A stretch of DNA of 64,000 nucleotides. Source: Candidatus Parcubacteria bacterium. Its GTDB lineage: Bacteria > Patescibacteriota > Minisyncoccia > Sungbacterales > SURF-37. The stretch lies in contig QZJO01000007.1 of NCBI GenBank assembly GCA_003599755.1, positions 41,221 to 105,220 on the forward strand, written 5' to 3'. The translations under genes and the position numbers were made by a program. The notes below the pieces were generated by a model, which made no database searches, was not told where the DNA came from, and saw only the letters and a program-made list of their open reading frames with translations. This document shows positions 34,710-43,790 of this stretch, in pieces. The stretch's first letter is position 1, and every line of letters starts with the position of its first letter.

Positions 34710-36977
34710 ATGACTCTGTCTAACTCTAGAAAACGAAGGCAGATTGAAATACTCCTTGTCGTATTGATACTTGTTGTGCTTATTGCAGGAATTTACGCGC
34801 CGCCTGCATTCGCGCAAACAACAAAACAGCTTGGACAAATGGGTATACAGGTGCCCGGCGGCGGATCATCGGCGCCACCGCCCGACGTCTTCAGCTGCTC
34901 CTGGTGGTCACACGGCTTCGCGTGCGGCGCGTATCGAATACTGGACTCGCTGAGCGACTTTGTTACTTCATACTTCGTTCGGCTCGCGGCATATATATTT
35001 GATACGTTCCTCCGCTTCGCACTTTTGGACATCAGCCAGACCACGATCGTCAAGGTGGGAAGCTCGATTGCAGTAGCCACGGCAAATTTATTCTTCATCC
35101 TCATTCTCCTTTGGATCGCCATTGCCACGATCTTCGATTGGGCGGATTATTCGGCACGCCAACTTTTGCCGAAACTCATCATCATCGCACTCCTCATCAA
35201 CTTCAGCGTGGCTATCGGCGCGACTATCATCAATCTTTCCAACGGCATCGCGCGCACGTTTTACTGCGTCATCGCGGGAACTTCCACGCTTTGCCCAGCT
35301 AACCCGGGCGGTGACAGCAAATCCATAAGCGAAAACTTTGCCGATATTTCAAAATTCAGATCAGTCGCCGTCATAACGCGGGAGGACTTACCGCCCCCCC
35401 AAGGTACTCCAACGAGCAGCGAAAACGAATTAAAAGGCGCATTCATAGCTATTTTTGCTAAGATGCTACTCGCTCCCGTGCTCATTTTCACACTCCTGGC
35501 CGGTGCGTTTTTCATCCTCGCTCGGCAAATCGCGCTTATGTTCGTGCTCATCCTGAGCCCGCTCGCGTTTTTCTTTTATATATTGCCAGGCACGCGCGGC
35601 ATGAATAGCAGATGGTGGTCCGCGCTCTTCAAATGGAGTTTTTTCCTGCCGGCGTACCTCTTTTTCATCATGCTCACCATTAAGACGGGCGGGGCCATGT
35701 TGACGGCCATCCAAGCAAATCCGAATGATCCCGCATCGGGCACGTTCACTTTATGGATGCAATATCTCGTGCTTATCGGATTGATGATCGGCTCGCTCAT
35801 TGTATCCAATCAGCTTTCCATCTATGGCGCCGGCGCGGTGACGAACCTTGGAAAACGCTGGAGCAAGGGCGCTGGGAAACGCGTAGGATGGAAAGTGGGC
35901 AGCCTTGCTGCGCGCGGAGCTCTCCGCACGCCGGGCGTACGTCAAGCAGTAGGAAGAACTCCGGGACTTAAATATGCCGCGGCACTTGCCATTCAAAAAG
36001 ACGCCGCATATGCCAAGAAAAGGGCGGACTTCTACGCCAAACTGCCTGATGCACAACTTGCTCGCATGCTGCACACGATGAATCCAGGCATTCGACAGCA
36101 AGTATGGAACTCCCTCAAAGAAAGCCGCAGACAAACATTGCGCGGCATCGCACCGGATCTTGATCAATATGTTACCTCGCCAACATTCGGCCAGCGGATC
36201 CGTTCGAGTATCCTCGGACAGCCGGCAACGCCAGCGCAACAAGCCGCGCAGCGAGCTCTCCAGGAGCGTAATAACCGAATTGTCGCTGCGGCCATCACGC
36301 ATTTGCCGCAGAACATCCGAACGGCTGTTGAAGCAGGCATGCGCGAAGCCATGCAAAGCCTTCCGGAGAATGTAACCGTCGCTCAGGCCGTGGGCGCTGC
36401 GGAAGCATCGGCTCTTGAGGCAGCTCGCCGCGCATTTCCCGATTCTCCGGAAGTGGAAGAACGCATTCGTGAAGAATTCCGACGCCAGCAGGATGCTATC
36501 CGCGCCAGCGTAGAAACAGCCATGCATCCCGAGCGTCCGGCACGCAACGAGGCCATCTATACGCAGGTTGCGCCGCTCATCATGCAGCACCCGGCTATCC
36601 AAAATCTGCCAAACGACGTCCGCATTTCCGTTTCGCTCGCCGTGGAACGTTCTATCCGCGCCCTTCCCGCCAATGCAACACCGGAGATGGCAGCAGCCGC
36701 GATCGAGCAGGCGGTTCAGAGCGCCGTAGCCGCGCAGCCGCCTGCGCTCCGGCAAGCCGGAGAAGACGCGGTTCGCGCAACGCGCGAACAGATGGATCGA
36801 ATCCGTCAGGCAATCAACACCGCGCTGCGGACATTCCAAGAAAGCCAGCGCGCACGCTCCACAACCCCGCGTCCTAGACAGGCGCCCGCTGACTACGTTG
36901 CGGCTTACGAAGAACGTATTGAGGATCTCGAAAGCCGACTCGGCGGCCTCGAGGAGCGACAAGAAGGCGCTTCATGA
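34710..36977 (+). CDS. VirB6/TrbL-like polytopic membrane protein with long helical tail
   Basis: ANLFFILILLWIAI, LIIIALLINFS, LSPLAF..LP..WW..L. Confidence 0.75.
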   Translation: MTLSNSRKRRQIEILLVVLILVVLIAGIYAPPAFAQTTKQLGQMGIQVPGGGSSAPPPDVFSCSWWSHGFACGAYRILDSLSDFVTSYFVRLAAYIFDTFLRFALLDISQTTIVKVGSSIAVATANLFFILILLWIAIATIFDWADYSARQLLPKLIIIALLINFSVAIGATIINLSNGIARTFYCVIAGTSTLCPANPGGDSKSISENFADISKFRSVAVITREDLPPPQGTPTSSENELKGAFIAIFAKMLLAPVLIFTLLAGAFFILARQIALMFVLILSPLAFFFYILPGTRGMNSRWWSALFKWSFFLPAYLFFIMLTIKTGGAMLTAIQANPNDPASGTFTLWMQYLVLIGLMIGSLIVSNQLSIYGAGAVTNLGKRWSKGAGKRVGWKVGSLAARGALRTPGVRQAVGRTPGLKYAAALAIQKDAAYAKKRADFYAKLPDAQLARMLHTMNPGIRQQVWNSLKESRRQTLRGIAPDLDQYVTSPTFGQRIRSSILGQPATPAQQAAQRALQERNNRIVAAAITHLPQNIRTAVEAGMREAMQSLPENVTVAQAVGAAEASALEAARRAFPDSPEVEERIREEFRRQQDAIRASVETAMHPERPARNEAIYTQVAPLIMQHPAIQNLPNDVRISVSLAVERSIRALPANATPEMAAAAIEQAVQSAVAAQPPALRQAGEDAVRATREQMDRIRQAINTALRTFQESQRARSTTPRPRQAPADYVAAYEERIEDLESRLGGLEERQEGAS

Positions 36978-38509
36978 GCATACATATCGGAGAACAACTT
37001 TCTCTGTGGGAGCGGACATTACCGGATGAAATCCGGGATATTGTTTCCTCCATGCCCCTTGAAGCCGCAATTACTACGATTAGCCAGCGCTATCAATTCT
37101 CGCCCGAAATGACATCGGCCTTAGTAACGGAGATCGGCGGTTTCGTGACCGGCACGACATCGGCCCGCGAATTTCTCTCTCACCTGATTGAGCTTAACCA
37201 TGGAGACACGCACGCGACCACTGCATTCACCCGCCTGCTCCTCGCAGAAATTTTGATTCCCCTGCGCACTGCAATGCGTCAACGCCTTGTGCGCCAAGGC
37301 CCCAAGCCCTGGGGGGCGAAGTCACTTACAAAAGCGCCCCCACCCCACGTGGCGCCGCCAGCTGTTGCCCCGCCGAAGCCCGCAACCCCTCCGTCGCCAG
37401 CTCGAATTCCTCCGCCCCCGCCACCCCCACTGGCGCCGCAGCCCGCCGCCCCCGCGCCGCGGCCGATTATCATGCCGCCGGTCGGCGCCGCGCCCCATGC
37501 AGCGGCCGACCCCACCGAGGAAACCATCACCAAATATTATCGCGACCTGCCGCCCGTGGTGCGCGATGCCATGCGTGGCATTCCGATCACCCGGATCCTG
37601 TACGACATCGGCCGCGAGCACCAGTTGACCGTTGAACAAACCGGCAAGATGGCCGACGCGGTCATGCAGTTTGTCGCCGGCAAAGCGAATCAAGACGCAT
37701 TCTTGGACACACTCCTTGATATCTTCGGCGGCTTCCGCCAGAAATCCGCGGCCGCATCACAGGAAATCAATACCAAGATTTTTTCACCGATCCGCAAAGC
37801 GCTCAAAACCACGACGCTCGAATCGCTGCATGCCGAACCGCCGACAAAGTCCGCGCCGGCAGCTGCCAAGCCCGGAGAACCGTCCGTACCGACGGCGTCT
37901 CCCGCGCCTCATCCCAAACCGTCTCCTTCGACGGATTCGACCCCTTCGACGGGCTCAGGGCAAACACGCTCACCAGAAGCAAGCTTCCCTCGGCCCGAGC
38001 TCGGGACGAAGGCAGGGCAAGCGCCGCCGGTCGTGCCCGCCCGCCCGGCGGTACCACCGATTCCACCGCCGCCTGCGGTGAGTCGCGTCGAACCACCGAC
38101 CGCGCCGTCGCCAGCGCCAAAACTCCAAACCCCGCCTCCCGCAACACCCAAGCCGTCTGCCCCGAGCCGAGTCGAGGGGCCGCGCGAGCCCGAGCCGTGG
38201 ATCATCTATCCTTTGCGTACGCCGACGCCGCGGCCGGTTTCTCCGTCTGATACAGAAACTCCTGCCGCGCCCGCCCCGCAGCCGGCCGCATCCCCGCAAC
38301 CGCCGACGCCGCCTTCGCCCCCGGCGTCTCCGAGCCCGGTGCCGCCTTCGACGGGCTCAGGGCAAACACGCTCACCAGAAGCAAGCTTCCCTCGGCCTGA
38401 GCTCGGGACGAAAGCAGGGCAAGCGCCGCCGAATTTGCCGACCGCGCCCGGTCGCGCGCCCATGCCGCATCGGGACAATGATCCGTATCGGGAAAAACCC
38501 GGCGCCTAA
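36974..38509 (+). CDS. Proline-rich protein with duplicated helical domain and terminal DPYRE motif
   Basis: Two related ~90-aa domains, Pro-rich linkers, ATGA coupling. Confidence 0.75.
   Translation: MSIHIGEQLSLWERTLPDEIRDIVSSMPLEAAITTISQRYQFSPEMTSALVTEIGGFVTGTTSAREFLSHLIELNHGDTHATTAFTRLLLAEILIPLRTAMRQRLVRQGPKPWGAKSLTKAPPPHVAPPAVAPPKPATPPSPARIPPPPPPPLAPQPAAPAPRPIIMPPVGAAPHAAADPTEETITKYYRDLPPVVRDAMRGIPITRILYDIGREHQLTVEQTGKMADAVMQFVAGKANQDAFLDTLLDIFGGFRQKSAAASQEINTKIFSPIRKALKTTTLESLHAEPPTKSAPAAAKPGEPSVPTASPAPHPKPSPSTDSTPSTGSGQTRSPEASFPRPELGTKAGQAPPVVPARPAVPPIPPPPAVSRVEPPTAPSPAPKLQTPPPATPKPSAPSRVEGPREPEPWIIYPLRTPTPRPVSPSDTETPAAPAPQPAASPQPPTPPSPPASPSPVPPSTGSGQTRSPEASFPRPELGTKAGQAPPNLPTAPGRAPMPHRDNDPYREKPGA
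37943..38431 (+). repeat. 87-bp direct repeat (37943-38029 and 38345-38431)
   Basis: Two mismatches; both copies encode PSTGSGQTRSPEASFPRPELGTKAGQAPP. Confidence 0.92.
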
Positions 38510-38521
38510 TCACGGACATCC

Positions 38522-39082
38522 ATGGCGGCGGCAACCATTCCAGACATCATGAAGGAATTCCAAGTGCCCCAATTCATCACCGTCGAAGACCGCATTGTCG
38601 GCCCGTTTACGCTGCGCCAATTTTTCTTCCTGCTCGGCGGCGCGTCCATTCTGCTCGTGGGCTGGTTTCTTTTGCCCCTGATCGTGTTTTTCCTGCTGGC
38701 GCTGCCCGCCGCAGCCGGCGTCGGCGCGCTTCCGTTTGCGAAAGTGCAGGGCTTGCCGCTTACCACCGTGCTTTCGAGCGCCATGAACTATTACACCCGC
38801 CCGCGCTTGTACGTATGGCGCGCCCTGCCGCCGAAAGGCACGGAACCCAAAGAATCCGCCGCGGCGGCGAAGGAACTCGAACAAGAGAACCAATTGCGCC
38901 GAATGGCCGGGCAGCAGCTGGCCGCGGCGCCGAAACCCGGAAGTACCGACACGACGCTTACCGAAAAGCGCCTCCAGGACCTTGCCTGGAGCTTGGACAT
39001 CAAGGAAACCGTTGAACGCCCGCTTCGCCAAGGCACCGCCTCGCCGACAGGCGGGTCCGGCGAGGCGAGCCGTCCCTCATAA
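38522..39082 (+). CDS. PrgI-family (VirB3-like) protein
   Basis: FQVPQFITVEDRIVGPFTLRQF, two TM helices, PRLYVW. Confidence 0.85.
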   Translation: MAAATIPDIMKEFQVPQFITVEDRIVGPFTLRQFFFLLGGASILLVGWFLLPLIVFFLLALPAAAGVGALPFAKVQGLPLTTVLSSAMNYYTRPRLYVWRALPPKGTEPKESAAAAKELEQENQLRRMAGQQLAAAPKPGSTDTTLTEKRLQDLAWSLDIKETVERPLRQGTASPTGGSGEASRPS

Positions 39083-39084
39083 CC

Positions 39085-39741
39085 ATGGCAACTCCTGCGC
39101 GCAAATCAGCCGTTACCCAGGACTTCGTCCTGATCGAATCCATTCGGGACGGCATTGTCCTTTTGAAAGACGGCGGCCTACGCGCCGTGCTTATGGCATC
39201 GTCCTTAAATTTTGCCTTGAAATCGGAAGAGGAGCAGGACGCGATCGTTTTCCAATACGAAAATTTCCTGAACTCGCTCGACTTTACCGTGCAATTCGTC
39301 GTCCATTCGCGGCGGCTCAATATCCAGCCGTACCTGGATACGCTTGCCGCGCGGCAGAACGAGGAGACGCAGGAACTCTTGCGCGTGCAAATCGCCGAAT
39401 ACATCGAATTCGTTCGTTCGTTCGTGGAACTTTCCGAAGTCGTATCCAAGACGTTTTACATTGTCGTGCCGTTCCAGCCCTCGATCGTCGAACAGCGCGC
39501 GGGACTCTTCACGAAATTCTTCGGCAGCGGAGCTAAAACCGCGGCAAGCGGCGCCGAAGATGATTTCGGCCATTACAAAAATCAGCTCTTGCAGCGCGTG
39601 GAGTCGGTCAGCTTGGGGCTCCGGCGGCTGGGACTGCGCGTCGTCGAACTCAACACCGAAGAGCTGATTGAGCTGTATTACAACATCTTCAATCCGGCCG
39701 AATCGCAGCGCGCGCAGATACCCGCGCAATCGCGCGAATAA
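39085..39741 (+). CDS. VirB4-associated (TraC N-terminal-like) protein
   Basis: IRDGIVLLKDG, SLNFALKSEEEQ, FLNSLDF, FYIVVP, LYYNIFNP. Confidence 0.75.
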   Translation: MATPARKSAVTQDFVLIESIRDGIVLLKDGGLRAVLMASSLNFALKSEEEQDAIVFQYENFLNSLDFTVQFVVHSRRLNIQPYLDTLAARQNEETQELLRVQIAEYIEFVRSFVELSEVVSKTFYIVVPFQPSIVEQRAGLFTKFFGSGAKTAASGAEDDFGHYKNQLLQRVESVSLGLRRLGLRVVELNTEELIELYYNIFNPAESQRAQIPAQSRE

Positions 39742-39743
39742 CC

Positions 39744-41558
39744 ATGGAATTCCCATCCCTCTTCGGAAAGAAAACCCAACCGGTCGAGGATCTGGCGCCC
39801 GTAGCGCCGGAGCAGATTTACCGCACCGGCGCGGCCACATTGCGCGACGTTATCGCTCCCGCGGCCCTCGAGGTCAATCCGAGCTTTATCCGCCTGGGCG
39901 AGAAATTCGTCCGGACCCTTTTCGTATTCTCGTATCCGCGGTATCTGGCGACCAACTGGTTCTCGCCGATCATCAATCTCGACAAGGTATTCGACATCAC
40001 GTTTTTCATCCATCCGGTGGATACGGCCATCGTTATGCGGCAACTCCGCAAACAGGTGGCGCGCGTGCAATCTCAGATCGCGATGCGCGAAGAAAAAGGG
40101 CAGGTGCGCGATCCACTCCTGGAAACCGCATATCAAGACCTCGAAGATCTGCGCGACCGCCTGCAGCAAGCGCGGGAACGCCTCTTCAATTTCGGCCTTT
40201 ATATTTCGCTCTACGCTTCCAAGGTAGAGGAGCTCGACCGATTGGAGAACGAAATGCGCGCGCTCTTAGAGGCCCGATTGGTCTACGTCAAACCTGCGCT
40301 GTTCCAGCAGGCCGAGGCCTTCCGATCATGCGTGCCGCTCGATACCGACGAGCTGCAGATCAGCACCTACCTCAATTCAGGGCCGGTATCGAGCACGTTT
40401 CCGTTCGTATCGTTCGACCTTACGTCCAACAAGGGGATTCTCTACGGCGTCAACCGCCACAACAACTCGCTCATCCTCTTCGATCGTTGGTCATTACCCA
40501 ATGCCAATTCCGTAACGTTCGCGACGTCCGGTGCGGGCAAAAGCTACGCGATGAAACTCGAGGTTTTACGCTCGCTGATGTTCGGCGTGCACGTCATCAT
40601 CATCGACCCCGAACGCGAATACCAGTATCTGGCCGAAGTGGTCGGCGGAGCGTACTTCAACATCTCGCTGACTTCGCCGAACCACATCAATCCGTTCGAT
40701 CTGCCCGTGCCCCGCGAAGACGAATCGCCGGCCGACGTGCTTCGTTCCAATATCATCAATTTGGTCGGATTTTTCCGGATTCTGCTCGGCGGCCTGACCC
40801 CCGAAGAAGACGCGCTTTTGGACCGCGCCATCACCGAAACATACGCCGCGCGCGACATCACGGCCGAATCCGACTTCGGCGCGATCACGCCGCCCACGCT
40901 TTCGGACCTCGCGCTCGTGGTCGCGAGCACCCAAGGAGGCGAACAGATCGCGACGCGCATCAAGAAATATACCGAGGGCACTTGGTCCGGGTTCTTGAAC
41001 CAGCAGACGAATCTCGATATCCAAAACCGCCTCGTGGTCTTTTCCGTGCGGGATATGGAAGAGGAATTGCGGCCGGTCGCGATGTATATCGTACTCCACT
41101 ACATCTGGAACATCGTGCGCACCGATCTCAAGAAGCGGCTCCTGGTCGTGGACGAGGCCTGGTGGCTCATGCGCACCGAGGACGGCGCATCATTCCTCTA
41201 CGGCATCGCCAAGCGCGCCCGCAAATACTTCCTCGGCCTCGCGACGATCACGCAGGACGTCGCCGATTTCATGGATTCGCCCTACGGCAAGCCGATCGTG
41301 ACGAACTCCTCGCTGCAGCTATTGCTTAAGCAATCACCGGCCACGATCCAGAAAGTCGTCGAGACGTTCAACCTGACCGAAGAAGAAAAATTCCTGCTGT
41401 TGGAATCCGAGGTAGGGGAAGGGATCTTTTTCGCCGGCCTCAAGCACGTAGCGATTAAAATTATCGCGTCCTACAGCGAAGACCAGGTCATCACGTCCGA
41501 CCCGCAGCAATTGATGCTCATCAAAAAGGCGCGCGAAGAATTCGATCAGAAACAATAA
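39744..41558 (+). CDS. VirB4-like ATPase
   Basis: ATSGAGKS, IDPEREY, INPFD, VDEAW, RARKY, ITQ. Confidence 0.9.
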   Translation: MEFPSLFGKKTQPVEDLAPVAPEQIYRTGAATLRDVIAPAALEVNPSFIRLGEKFVRTLFVFSYPRYLATNWFSPIINLDKVFDITFFIHPVDTAIVMRQLRKQVARVQSQIAMREEKGQVRDPLLETAYQDLEDLRDRLQQARERLFNFGLYISLYASKVEELDRLENEMRALLEARLVYVKPALFQQAEAFRSCVPLDTDELQISTYLNSGPVSSTFPFVSFDLTSNKGILYGVNRHNNSLILFDRWSLPNANSVTFATSGAGKSYAMKLEVLRSLMFGVHVIIIDPEREYQYLAEVVGGAYFNISLTSPNHINPFDLPVPREDESPADVLRSNIINLVGFFRILLGGLTPEEDALLDRAITETYAARDITAESDFGAITPPTLSDLALVVASTQGGEQIATRIKKYTEGTWSGFLNQQTNLDIQNRLVVFSVRDMEEELRPVAMYIVLHYIWNIVRTDLKKRLLVVDEAWWLMRTEDGASFLYGIAKRARKYFLGLATITQDVADFMDSPYGKPIVTNSSLQLLLKQSPATIQKVVETFNLTEEEKFLLLESEVGEGIFFAGLKHVAIKIIASYSEDQVITSDPQQLMLIKKAREEFDQKQ

Positions 41559-41566
41559 ATCTAACC

Positions 41567-42085
41567 ATGGCATCACGCGGGGAAGAAGCACAACGACGAA
41601 TGGCCCTATACGCGGCCCGATATGAAGACCGACAGATCGTCGAGTCAATAAATACGTTCGTCATGAAGGAGGCGAAACGGATCGCCGACAAGTTGAATGA
41701 ACAGATCGAGCGTGGCAACGACGGAGCTGCTTTCACTATCGCCCTTATGCTGGGGTTGCTTAAAGACGGCGTGCTTGATTGGATCCTCGACTTCCTACTC
41801 ATCGGCGAGATCCCTGTAATTGGGCAGATCCCCGGTCTCCTCGTTTCCGGTATAATCATGTACTTCCTTTGGGGCAAAGGCTGGTTCCTTAAATCAAAGA
41901 TACGAGTGATGTATTGGATACTCGGTCTTTTCTTCGACAATCTGCCGCTTTTCAATAATCTGCCGCTCACCACGCTCGTTATCCTCTACGCTTGGCACAA
42001 CGTGCGGAAAGACATGCGTGAAGCCGAAGAAAAAAGGGAGGAATTAGAAACGCAAGTCGGCCGTACACTCCAGGAAGCAGCATGA
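41567..42085 (+). CDS. Hypothetical membrane protein
   Basis: Hydrophobic core, LPLFNNLP motif, coiled tail. Confidence 0.7.
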   Translation: MASRGEEAQRRMALYAARYEDRQIVESINTFVMKEAKRIADKLNEQIERGNDGAAFTIALMLGLLKDGVLDWILDFLLIGEIPVIGQIPGLLVSGIIMYFLWGKGWFLKSKIRVMYWILGLFFDNLPLFNNLPLTTLVILYAWHNVRKDMREAEEKREELETQVGRTLQEAA

Positions 42086-43398
42086 GGTATACTTATTGCA
42101 CAGGTATGAACCCCGCTCCAGCCATTCGCTCTGTCGCGATCCTCGCAACCGGTTTGCTTGTTGTGGCGGCCTGGTCGCTCGTTGGTGCTCAAACGACCCA
42201 GACGATTCCGCTTTTCACACTCGACATTTCGCCGCTGCCGGTGTTTGCCGGCGACCAAGCGGTCATTACCGTGCTGCCGCAGAACTTCAACACCGCGAGC
42301 ACGACGTTTCAATGGAAATATAATGGCGCGGCGGTGCCGAGCGCGTCGGGAATCGGAAAGAGCCAATACGCGATCGGCACTGCGGCCCAGGGTCCGGAAA
42401 TCATCACGATATCGGTGCTCGTGGACCCCGGCCCCGGATTTCAGCCGCGCGAACTCTCCCAGATCGTTGTCACGGTGCAGCGGCCCGAAGACCCCACCGA
42501 TCTTTTAGGCGCGCTGCAATCGGATTTTTCGCTCGAGCTATCGCCCGAAAGTCCGAACCCCGGCCAAGAAGTGCGCGTCTCGGTCACGAGCTTGGCGTTT
42601 GATCGCGAGCGCGCGAGCTTCCAATGGTCGGTCAACGGCGCGGCGCAGGCCGGCGCAGGTGGCCGCGGCCGCTGGTTTCTTACGCTGCCGCCCGGTCGCG
42701 AGGGAGAATCACGAACCGTGCGCGTGACCGTCACCACGCCGGCCGGCCTGACGCGGACGCAGAGCATCACCGTACAGAGCATTTCCATGCCGCTCTATTG
42801 GTGGACGAATACCGAGGTACCGTATTGGTACAAGGGCAAAGCCCTGCCGACGGCGGCTTCTGAACTATCGGTAGCTGCATTCCCCAACGTTGCCAACGCG
42901 CGGGATCTCGCATACCGCTGGGAACTCAATGACACCATAGCGCCCGCCGCGTCGGGTATCGGCCGCGCCGCGTTTTCCCTGCCGCTTACGCTGCCGATTG
43001 CCGAAAAAATTACGGTCACGGCACAAAACGCGAGCGGTTCATTCCGCAAAACCGGGAGCATCGCATTCGCGCCGCTGCCGCCGCTCGTGCGGGTTTATCC
43101 AAACGATGCGCCGGGCCTGCCTCCGGGAGAAGCCATTGCAACATACGAGGCATCGGCCGGTTCGCCCTATGCGTTTGTCGCGGTTCCGTTCTTTTTCTCG
43201 CGCGCCGCCGGGGGAACGGTGCAATATGCCTGGACGCTCAACGGCCGGCGCATCACCGGCGAATTCGACGAACCGTGGCTCTTTACGCTGCTCTCCGGCC
43301 CCCGCGAACCAAGCACCAACCGACTGTCGGTCGAAATCCGCGATCCGCGCCGCAGCGGCGCGGCAAGCAGTCGCGATCTCACGATCAATCTCCGCTAA
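42082..43398 (+). CDS. Secreted protein with repeated Ig-like domains
   Basis: Signal or TM segment; four repeats of F/Y-x-W-x-x-N(G); start may be 42106. Confidence 0.75.
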   Translation: MRYTYCTGMNPAPAIRSVAILATGLLVVAAWSLVGAQTTQTIPLFTLDISPLPVFAGDQAVITVLPQNFNTASTTFQWKYNGAAVPSASGIGKSQYAIGTAAQGPEIITISVLVDPGPGFQPRELSQIVVTVQRPEDPTDLLGALQSDFSLELSPESPNPGQEVRVSVTSLAFDRERASFQWSVNGAAQAGAGGRGRWFLTLPPGREGESRTVRVTVTTPAGLTRTQSITVQSISMPLYWWTNTEVPYWYKGKALPTAASELSVAAFPNVANARDLAYRWELNDTIAPAASGIGRAAFSLPLTLPIAEKITVTAQNASGSFRKTGSIAFAPLPPLVRVYPNDAPGLPPGEAIATYEASAGSPYAFVAVPFFFSRAAGGTVQYAWTLNGRRITGEFDEPWLFTLLSGPREPSTNRLSVEIRDPRRSGAASSRDLTINLR

Positions 43399-43401
43399 TA
43401 T

Positions 43402-43788
43402 ATGCGAGCGATACTCTTTATAGGCCTTGCGCTGCTCCTCGCTTTTGGGCCGCTTGCTGCGCTTGCCGCCGGGCCTGTCGGCAACCCCGCCCTCACGGGT
43501 CCGCAAGACGTTCAGATCAATACGACCAAGTACCTCGGCAATCTCTACCTCTGGATGCTTGGATTCGTCGGCATTGCCGCGTTTTTCGCGATCGTGTACG
43601 GTGGTGTGCTCTACATGTTCTCCGGCCCAAACATCACGAAAGTTGACCAGGCCAAGACCTGGATCCAAAACGCCATTTTCGGCATTCTGCTTGCCGCCGC
43701 AAGCTACGTGATCCTCAATACCATTAATCCGGCTCTGGTAAATCATAACTTTGATCTCGAAACAATGATCAAGGATGCGCTTAAATAG
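43402..43788 (+). CDS. VirB2/TrbC-like pilin
   Basis: IVYGGVLYMFSG.N..KVDQAK.WI.NAIFG..L...SYVILNTINP. Confidence 0.85.
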   Translation: MRAILFIGLALLLAFGPLAALAAGPVGNPALTGPQDVQINTTKYLGNLYLWMLGFVGIAAFFAIVYGGVLYMFSGPNITKVDQAKTWIQNAIFGILLAAASYVILNTINPALVNHNFDLETMIKDALK

Positions 43789-43790
43789 AT

